Part shown: in pieces, positions 18,192 to 25,186 of the stretch
How the letters are laid out: each line of letters opens with the position of its first letter
Numbering within the stretch: the first letter of the stretch is position 1
Position numbers and translations under genes: made by a program
From: Parasynechococcus marenigrum WH 8102
Lineage (GTDB): Bacteria; Cyanobacteriota; Cyanobacteriia; PCC-6307; Cyanobiaceae
NCBI RefSeq assembly: GCF_000195975.1
Contig: NC_005070.1
Location: 210,001-242,000 of the forward strand
DNA length: 32,000 nt
Reading direction: 5' to 3'
Notes under the pieces: generated by a model
The model's database searches: none
Told to the model about the DNA's origin: nothing
The model's input: only the letters and a program-made list of their open reading frames with translations

Positions 18192-19731
18192 GTCCTTCCC
18201 GCTGCGCCTCCTTCCAGGCCAGTCGGGGCGCACTCCAAAGGGTGGCCAACACCAGAGGGGTCACAGGTACGGCGGTGATCACGATGAAGGCCTGCAGCGC
18301 ATCAATGGAGGTGCTGTCCCCCAGGCCGCTGCCGATGCGGAGCAGCACAAGGGTGAGGCTGCCGATCATCAGCGCCCAGAACAGGCGCAGCGGGGCAGGC
18401 GGTTCGTTGCGGCCACTCACCACCATGGCGGCGGCGTAGCTCATCGAGTCGGCACTGGTACACATGAACAGCACCACCAGCACCAGTCCGATCGGGATCA
18501 GCAAACCGGCCAGGGGGAGTTGGCTGAGGATCGCGAGTAGGGCTGCCGCTGCACCGTTCCGGGCCAGGGCCTCACTGATTCCCGCACCCGCCAGTTCCAG
18601 TTGCAAGCCGGTGCCCCCGAGCAGGGTGAACCAGATGTTGGTCACGATCGGGCAGAGAATCGCAACGGCAAGCACCAGCTCGCGGATGCTGCGGCCGCGG
18701 CTGACGCCAGCGGTGAACAGTCCCATCAGCGGTGCATACCCAAGGAACCAGCCCCAGTAGAAGACCGTCCATCCATTGATCCAGTTGCCCGGTGCCACGT
18801 TGGGCGTCAGGGCCATCCGAGGCAGGTGGATCAGATACGTCAGAAAGCCGCTGAAGAAGTGCTGGATCAGCCACAGGCCAGGCCCGAGCAGCAGCAGCCC
18901 GGCCGCCATGGTGAGCGTCAGCCAGACGTTGAGTTCAGACAGCCACTTGATCCCTTTCTGAATGCCGCTGACGGTGGAGCTGGCGAAGACAGCGGTGAGC
19001 AGCACCACCACCAGCGATTGCAGCCCGGCGCTGTCGCTGAGCCAGGGCAGTTGGCCGGCGGCGTTGCTGAGTTGCAGCGAGAGAAACCCCAGGGGGCCAA
19101 CCGTGCCGGCAATCGCGGCGACCACCGACAGCCCATCGGCCAGGTGACCGATCGGTCCATCCACCCAGCCCCGTGGCACCACATTCACCAGCAGGGTGCG
19201 TGGCCTGAGAGGCTCGCCCCGCCGTTCCAGGATCGAAAAGGTGATGGTGGTGGTGGTGGCCACCAGGGCCCAGGCGAGAAATCCCCAGTGCAGAAAGCTC
19301 ACCGCCAGGGCCGGATCCACGGCTTCTGCGGTGCCGCCCTGGATGCCGTCAAAAACGGGTGAGGGAGTCTGGAAGTGATACAGCGGTTCAGCGGCAGACC
19401 AGAACACGCCCCCACCGGCCAGCAGGGTGCAGATCAGCACCGCGCACCAATCGAACAGTTTCAGGCTCGGTTTGGCCTCGGCACCACCCAGCCGGAGTTT
19501 GCCGACGGGACTGATGGCAATGACCACAGCGATCAGAAACACCAGCAACACCATCCATTGCCACAGCCCACCGAGGGCCGTGCTCACTACGGCTTTGCCG
19601 TTGTCGGTGAACTGCTTGGCCAGAGCGAGATCGATGGCTGACACCACCAAAAAGATCAGCAGCGGTGTGGCGCCGACCCAAAGGGGTGGCTGTCGCCACC
19701 AGGACCGTTGGCTGGAGGATTGGATGGTCAT
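18184..19731 (-). CDS. BCCT-family (betaine/carnitine/choline-type) secondary transporter
   Basis: About 12 TM segments and the family signature WTVFYWGWFLGYAPLMGLFTAGVSRGRSIRE. ATG 19729-19731 lies 3 nt after the upstream stop. Confidence 0.88.
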   Translation of the reverse strand: MTIQSSSQRSWWRQPPLWVGATPLLIFLVVSAIDLALAKQFTDNGKAVVSTALGGLWQWMVLLVFLIAVVIAISPVGKLRLGGAEAKPSLKLFDWCAVLICTLLAGGGVFWSAAEPLYHFQTPSPVFDGIQGGTAEAVDPALAVSFLHWGFLAWALVATTTTITFSILERRGEPLRPRTLLVNVVPRGWVDGPIGHLADGLSVVAAIAGTVGPLGFLSLQLSNAAGQLPWLSDSAGLQSLVVVLLTAVFASSTVSGIQKGIKWLSELNVWLTLTMAAGLLLLGPGLWLIQHFFSGFLTYLIHLPRMALTPNVAPGNWINGWTVFYWGWFLGYAPLMGLFTAGVSRGRSIRELVLAVAILCPIVTNIWFTLLGGTGLQLELAGAGISEALARNGAAAALLAILSQLPLAGLLIPIGLVLVVLFMCTSADSMSYAAAMVVSGRNEPPAPLRLFWALMIGSLTLVLLRIGSGLGDSTSIDALQAFIVITAVPVTPLVLATLWSAPRLAWKEAQREGLN

Positions 19732-19734
19732 GCT

Positions 19735-20925
19735 TCAGGCTCGGACGGCATCGCGCTGGTGGCTCCAGCAGTTGAGGTCAACGGCGGGCTGCTCGCCGCA
19801 GGCCAGCCGTGCCAGGGAATCTCCGATCAGTGGCGCGAACTTGAAGGCCTGACCGGAGCCGCCGGCGAACAGGCTGAGGGTGGGGCTGAGCCGATCCAGC
19901 ACGAAGTTCACATCGCTGGCCATGGAGTAGGGGCTCATCACCGTCTCCACCCGCTCTTGCACACCGGCCACCTCGTTGAACAGGAAGGAATCCAGCAGTT
20001 CCACGAGCCTTTCCGGCGGCTCAGTGGCCATGGCATTGGGCTCAGCGACTCTGAGCTCTTTTGGTGCCCAGTCGATGCCGGCTTTGATCCGTGGCAGTCC
20101 ATCGGGGGTGTGGCTCAGCACCGGGAAGGCGTAGTACAAGCCACCGTCGTCGCCCCGTTCGCGCTGGAAGCAGAACCACTGGGGATAGCGATCGGCGAGG
20201 GCCGGGTCGACGGTGTAGTGGGCCCAGAGCATCGGCCAGACCTCCAGTTTTGGCGCAAGGCCAAGGGGCGCCAGCAGCAGCTGAGTCCAGATGCCGCTGG
20301 TCACCACTACCTGGCCAGCACGGATGTGATGGCCGTTGTCCAGGGTCACGCCGGTTCCGTCGGCATCGATGCCTGCTACGGGGCAGTGCTCGATCAACTG
20401 CTGACCGGCTTGCCGGGCTGTGCGGGTCCAGTGGGCGATCACCTTGTCGCTGCGCACGGCACCGGCGGTCGGTTCGAACAATCCCGTGAACTCCGGCTTG
20501 GGCTTCAGCGGGAAGCGCGCTCTGATGGCATCGGCATCAAGGGCTTCGTAGGGAATGCCCTGATCGTCCATCACCTGGCGGGCGCCGGGGATTGAGCCTT
20601 CGATGGTCTCCTCGTCCCAGCTCTCGCCGTAAAACAGCAGGCCATGGGTTTCCCTGAGCTGCTCACCGGCGTGGGTTTCCTCCTCCCGCCACAGACGGTT
20701 GGCCTCCTGGGCCAGGCGACAGAGCACCGGGTCGGAATACATCTCCCGGAACATCCTGGTTTCGCCAAAGCTGCTGGCTTTGGCGTGGGCCAGGGTCTTG
20801 GCTTCCAGCAGCACCACATCACGGATGCCGCGGCGCGCCAGGGAAGCGGCGCAGCTGAGGCCAGCCATGCCGCCACCGACGATGACGACGGCCGCTTGGT
20901 TCGGCAGAGAGGAGGCTTGGTTCAT
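19735..20925 (-). CDS. FAD-dependent amine oxidase of the monomeric sarcosine oxidase (MSOX/MTOX/PIPOX/NikD) family
   Basis: Dinucleotide fold VVIVGGGMAGLSCAASLARRG; SFGETRMFREMY (compare MSOX HGDTRIIRHAY); GLFEPTAGAV; VVTSGIW; GGSGQAFKFAPLIGDSLARLA (compare GFSGHGFKF). ATG 20923-20925 overlaps the upstream stop (ATGA). Confidence 0.85.
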   Translation of the reverse strand: MNQASSLPNQAAVVIVGGGMAGLSCAASLARRGIRDVVLLEAKTLAHAKASSFGETRMFREMYSDPVLCRLAQEANRLWREEETHAGEQLRETHGLLFYGESWDEETIEGSIPGARQVMDDQGIPYEALDADAIRARFPLKPKPEFTGLFEPTAGAVRSDKVIAHWTRTARQAGQQLIEHCPVAGIDADGTGVTLDNGHHIRAGQVVVTSGIWTQLLLAPLGLAPKLEVWPMLWAHYTVDPALADRYPQWFCFQRERGDDGGLYYAFPVLSHTPDGLPRIKAGIDWAPKELRVAEPNAMATEPPERLVELLDSFLFNEVAGVQERVETVMSPYSMASDVNFVLDRLSPTLSLFAGGSGQAFKFAPLIGDSLARLACGEQPAVDLNCWSHQRDAVRA

Positions 20926-21978
20926 GCGGCGTCCCCGAAGCTGAGGCCGATGGGATCGGTGGCTGGGGCGGCTGCCACTTCGTTCAAAGCGGCTCCAACC
21001 GACAGGCCCTGATCGCGCTGGTTGAGGTAATCCGTGGCTCTGCGGCGCACTTCCTCACGCACGAAGGCGTAAACGTCCTTGGCGCCGGCATCCTTCCAGG
21101 CATCCGGCGAAAAGCGCTCGATTGAATCGGCGATCACAGCACCGGCGTTCACCAGGGGGTCCGGCAGGACGCTAATGCCGCGTTGACGCAATGCATCGGC
21201 CAGTTGAGGACTCTGGAACGGAGCATTGGCTGCCGGCACCACGGAGGTGACACGCAAGGCGGAGGCCATCTCCGCATTGATCAGACCGGAGATGGAACAG
21301 GGCAGCAGCAGGTCAAGCTTCAGTTCCCACCAAGGGCATCCCTGGGGAAGGGGCGTGGCCACCGGGGAATCCAGCCCGCTCACGGCTGAGATCCACGGTG
21401 AACACGGTCCAGCCATGCTCCACCAAGGTTCGGGCCACGGTTCCCCCCACCGCGCCGCAGCCGTGCACCAGGGCCCGGCCAGGTTTTGCATCCTTGAGTT
21501 CTGCTTCGAGCACCGCTTCCACGGCGCCGAGGGTGCCGTGGGCCGTGGCGGCGCTGGCATCCACCGGACTGCCGACGGCAGCGAGCACATGGGGTGTCAG
21601 CTCTGTGAGCCGCTCCATGTCCTCGAGGCTGGTGTTGAGATCACAGCCGGTGATCATGGCGCCGTCCAGGGACTGCAGCAGTTCTGCGGTCACGTTGATC
21701 AGCTCATCCTTCACGGCAGCGGGTTCCTTGGCCCGCGCCACGATCTTGCCGCCGGCAAAACCGGTGCCGTAAAGATCATGCTTGTGGGTCATCAGGCCGG
21801 CCAGTCGCTCGCCGTCGGCGATACAGGCTTCATCGCTGGGGTAGTTCAGCAGGCGCAATCCACCGTTGGCGGGTCGCTTGGCATCCGTGTCCTCGGCCAC
21901 TACAAACACCGAGAGATGTTCGGAGACGTGTTCCGCCAGCACCGAAACAGTCGGTGTGGGTCTGGTTGTGGTGGTCAT
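20922..21978 (-). pseudogene. Glu/Leu/Phe/Val-type amino-acid dehydrogenase, reading frame broken by a 1-nt shift near 21351-21370
   Basis: The N-terminal two-thirds lie in ORF 21313-22029 (GGLRLLNY...LMTHKHDLYGTGFAGGKIV...HGCGAVGGTVARTLVEHGWTVFTVDLSRERAGFPG). The remainder lies in ORF 20922-21590, in another frame (ATPLPQGCPWWELKLDLLLPCSISGLIN...VVPAANAPF...LPDPLVNAGAVI). The break falls inside the Rossmann domain rather than at a domain boundary. ATG 21976-21978 overlaps the methyltransferase stop (TGATG). Confidence 0.8.
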
Positions 21979-23015
21979 CAGGCCACCTTCTCCATCATCT
22001 GGTGGTGCTCGACGTAATCGAGACTCCACTCACTCGGAGCGTCCGCGATGCGCTGCTCCAGACGTGCGTAAACCTGATCGGCCAATGCATCACCAGCAAC
22101 ACTGGCAAAGCTGTGGCGGCTCCAGCTGCGAATGGTGGCCATTAACCCAGCGGCAAAGCTGGCGGTGTCACCGTCCTCGTTCCAGCGTCGGCGGTATGGA
22201 CATTTTACGTACACGGTGCGCTCGTCGACGAGTCGCAGGCCATTGCGGTACGGGGCTGAGGCCGTGTCCTTCAACGGCGCCATGAATTCCTCTGGCGACT
22301 TGTAGAAGTTCAGGACTGTCCCTTTGCGGTACTGCTCCTCGCTGATCAGACCTTCATCGGCCATGCCGCGCCAGATCTGGTGCAACTGGTCGTGGACATT
22401 CCGGGTCTCACCACCGTTGTGGCCGAGGTAACGACCTTCGCCATCCCGGGACAGGTTCACCGTCAGCAGGCGTCCACCCACCTGCAGCTCCTTGCTGCGC
22501 AATTCCAGGATGTAGGTCCAGTCCTTGAGCGCCTGAGCGGTGAAACGCTGCAGGGCATCAGCATCGGCGGAAGCGAGCACGTGGGTGTGGGTGTCCAGAG
22601 GACCCGGCGACTCACTGAGCCAGTGCATGGCCGTGGCGGAGAAGCCGAAACTCACCGTGTTAGGAGCCACCGATGGCTCGTAGAAGCTGCGGGCGCTCAC
22701 CAGCACCGTCGGTTTGGGTTCCCTGGGGATCTGCAGAGCCAGGTTCTCGGCCAGAGCCACGTTGTCGTTGCTCGGCAGGTCATTGCCGATCAGCGTCAGG
22801 TGAGCATCGGGCTGGTTGGCGTGCAGGCGGTCCAGCACCTGATGCCAGAGACCGACTGCGGTGCCGCCATCGGCGGCTCCGTAATCGATCAGCACATGAC
22901 TGGTTTGAGCAGTCAGTTGGTCAACACAAGTCAAGGCCCAGTCCGAGGCGGCTTCGATGCAGAGGAGAGCGCCTTCGGTCTGCGCGCTGTAACCCGTGGT
23001 CATGGCGATGGCCAT
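21978..23015 (-). CDS. SABATH-type (Methyltransf_7-like) SAM-dependent small-molecule methyltransferase
   Basis: The blocks are colinear with plant SABATH enzymes. LIDYGAADGGTAV compares with IADLGCSSGPNT. LTLIGNDLPSNDNVAL compares with NDLPxNDFN. SARSFYEPSVAPNTVSFGFSATAMHWLSESP compares with GSFYxRLFPxxSxHxxxSSxSLHWLSQVP. ELRSKELQVGGRLL compares with RxxELxxGGxMVL. MADEGLISEEQYRKGTVLNFYKSPEEF compares with EGxIxEEKxDSFNxPxYxPSxEE. Confidence 0.75.
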   Translation of the reverse strand: MAIAMTTGYSAQTEGALLCIEAASDWALTCVDQLTAQTSHVLIDYGAADGGTAVGLWHQVLDRLHANQPDAHLTLIGNDLPSNDNVALAENLALQIPREPKPTVLVSARSFYEPSVAPNTVSFGFSATAMHWLSESPGPLDTHTHVLASADADALQRFTAQALKDWTYILELRSKELQVGGRLLTVNLSRDGEGRYLGHNGGETRNVHDQLHQIWRGMADEGLISEEQYRKGTVLNFYKSPEEFMAPLKDTASAPYRNGLRLVDERTVYVKCPYRRRWNEDGDTASFAAGLMATIRSWSRHSFASVAGDALADQVYARLEQRIADAPSEWSLDYVEHHQMMEKVA

Positions 23016-23085
23016 CGACCTCGTCAGCGGCAGCCGTCACCGTACAGGACGCGTTTGTACGAGCTTCGTGACAGAGAGCACCTGC

Positions 23086-23673
23086 CTATCGAGGCTCGGC
23101 GGAGAGCAAGTCCTGCAACTGCGGTTCCAGTAAGGCAAAGGCCTTGCCACGGTGGCCATGGGATTTTTTCTCCGTCAGCGGCATCTGAGCGAAGGTGAGG
23201 CCGGTGCAGCTCACTTCAAAAATCGGGTCGTAGCCAAAGCCGCCGTCGCCGCGGGGGGTTGTGGTGATCCAGCCATCACAACGCCCTTCCACTTCGATCA
23301 ACACGCTGCCATCGGGGGCGGCAACACAAAGCGCGGCACAGAACTGAGCATGACGTTCGCTGGCGTTGCTCAGCGCCCCGAGCAGCTTTTCGATCCGTTC
23401 TGGGTCTGTGGGGGCGTAACGCGCCGAGTGCACGCCTGGGGCTCCCCCCAGAGCGTTCACGCTCAACCCGGAATCATCGGCCAGGGCCCAGCTGCCGGCC
23501 ATGGCGGCCACAGCCGTGGCCTTGATCCGGGCATTGGCTGCGAATGTGCTGCCGGTCTCCTCTACATCAAACCCCTGCGGCTGCGCCTGAACGTTGAGAG
23601 GCAGGTGCTGCAGCAGGCCCTGAAATTCACGGATCTTGCCGGCGTTCCCGCTGGCGATCACCAGGGTTCTCAT
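23086..23673 (-). CDS. rdgB: Non-canonical purine NTP pyrophosphatase (RdgB/HAM1 family)
   Basis: MRTLVIASGNAGKIREF...ETGSTFAANARIKA...ADDSGL...GAPGVHSARY...GGFGYDPIF...KSHGHRGKA. ATG 23671-23673 overlaps the upstream stop (ATGA). Confidence 0.9.
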   Translation of the reverse strand: MRTLVIASGNAGKIREFQGLLQHLPLNVQAQPQGFDVEETGSTFAANARIKATAVAAMAGSWALADDSGLSVNALGGAPGVHSARYAPTDPERIEKLLGALSNASERHAQFCAALCVAAPDGSVLIEVEGRCDGWITTTPRGDGGFGYDPIFEVSCTGLTFAQMPLTEKKSHGHRGKAFALLEPQLQDLLSAEPR

Positions 23674-25133
23674 GCGGCTTCGGCGTAACGCTTTGCCCAG
23701 GCCAGCACAGCATCGACCCGATCGCGATCCGGGGCTTCGCAGTACAGGCGCAGCAGGGGCTCCGTGCCGGAGAAGCGCAGCATCAGCCAATGGCTGGCGC
23801 CCATGCGCAGCTTGATGCCGTCTGTGGTGTTCACCTCAACCACCGCGTCCCCAGCCACCTGCTGGGGTGTGGAGCTCGCCAGCAGGGTCTCCAGACGCCG
23901 TCGGGCCTCCATGTCCTGCAGCCGCAGGTCCAGCCGGTCGTAATGGCTGGCACCACCATGGCGTTGCTGCAGAGCGTCAAGTCGGCTGCCGAGGGGTTGA
24001 CCGCCTTCCACCAGCGCTTCCAGCACGAGCATCGCGGCGAACAGGGCATCCCGTTCCGGCAGATGCATGCCGAAGCCCACCCCCCCTGACTCCTCCCCGC
24101 CGATCAGCACCTCACCCGCCAGCATCTCGCTGGCGATGTATTTGAACCCGACGGCCAGTTCCAGGACCTCACGGCCCTGGGCTTCTGCCACCAGGCGCAT
24201 CAGATCGGAACCGCTCACAGTCTTCACCACCGTTCCAGGCAGCTGGCGGGCCCGGGCGAGATGGTCGATGAGCAGGGGCATCAGCAGCTGAGTGCTGCAG
24301 AACCGACCGTTCTCATCCACGGCGGCGATGCGATCACCATCCCCATCGAACACCAGACCCACCGCTGGAGTACCCGCTGCCGTGGAGTGCTGAACCGCTG
24401 TGATCAGGTCGCTGAGGTATGGGGCCAGGGGTTCCGGCGGATTGCCGCCGAACAGGGGGTCACGCGTGCTGCGGATCTCGTCCACCAGCTCAGAGGCTTC
24501 AGGGCCGAGCAGATCGCTGACACAGCCGGCTGCCGATCCATGCATCGGGTCGACGAACACCTTCAGGTTCATCGCCTTCAGGCCCGTCACCAAAGCGGTG
24601 AGGTCCAATTTGCGACGCAATCCCTCAAGGTGCTCACCCCGCCCGTCGAAACGGCTGGTGGTCGCTGCAATGGGTGGTGTGATGCCGCCAGCCGCCAGGC
24701 GTCGCTCCACCGCTGCGGTGAAGTCCCCCTCCACCGAGCCCCCGAAGGGACCTTTGATTTTCAGGCCCAGCCATTCAGGGGGGTTATGGCTGGCGGTGAT
24801 CACCAGGGCTCCCAGCGCTTTGCGTTCCACCACCGCCCAGCTGCAGGCAGGTGTCGGCACGGGCGTCTCGGTGAGCAGTGGCTCAAGCTCGCAGCCACGC
24901 ACGGCATTGGCGATGGCTTCCGCCAGTTCCGGTGCCAGGAAGCGGCGATCGAAGCCGATGATCACCGTGCGGCTGTTCAGACCGTCTGGTGCGCGATGGG
25001 CCAGCTCCTGGGCCGCTGCAGCTGCGACTGGCAGCAACCGCTCAACGGTGATGTCCACCCCCAGGACGCCGCGCCAGCCATCGGTGCCGAACTTGATCGG
25101 CGCAGGACTGAGGCGGAGAGGTGCTGACGCCAT
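23670..25133 (-). CDS. Alpha-D-phosphohexomutase (phosphoglucomutase/phosphomannomutase family)
   Basis: FGTDGWRG; active-site loop ITASHNPPEWLGLKIK; metal loop FDGDGDRIAAVD; sugar loop GGEESGG. Confidence 0.9.
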   Translation of the reverse strand: MASAPLRLSPAPIKFGTDGWRGVLGVDITVERLLPVAAAAAQELAHRAPDGLNSRTVIIGFDRRFLAPELAEAIANAVRGCELEPLLTETPVPTPACSWAVVERKALGALVITASHNPPEWLGLKIKGPFGGSVEGDFTAAVERRLAAGGITPPIAATTSRFDGRGEHLEGLRRKLDLTALVTGLKAMNLKVFVDPMHGSAAGCVSDLLGPEASELVDEIRSTRDPLFGGNPPEPLAPYLSDLITAVQHSTAAGTPAVGLVFDGDGDRIAAVDENGRFCSTQLLMPLLIDHLARARQLPGTVVKTVSGSDLMRLVAEAQGREVLELAVGFKYIASEMLAGEVLIGGEESGGVGFGMHLPERDALFAAMLVLEALVEGGQPLGSRLDALQQRHGGASHYDRLDLRLQDMEARRRLETLLASSTPQQVAGDAVVEVNTTDGIKLRMGASHWLMLRFSGTEPLLRLYCEAPDRDRVDAVLAWAKRYAEAA

Positions 25134-25186
25134 GGCCGAAAGGGCAATGATCAGGATTTAGCAGTTGGCAGCCGTAAGGTCGGCCC

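Noticed and set aside
23041-23061. A possible NtcA binding site, because the palindrome contains GTAC...GTAC.
   Set aside because: The spacing is GTA-N13-TAC, not the GTA-N8-TAC of the NtcA consensus.
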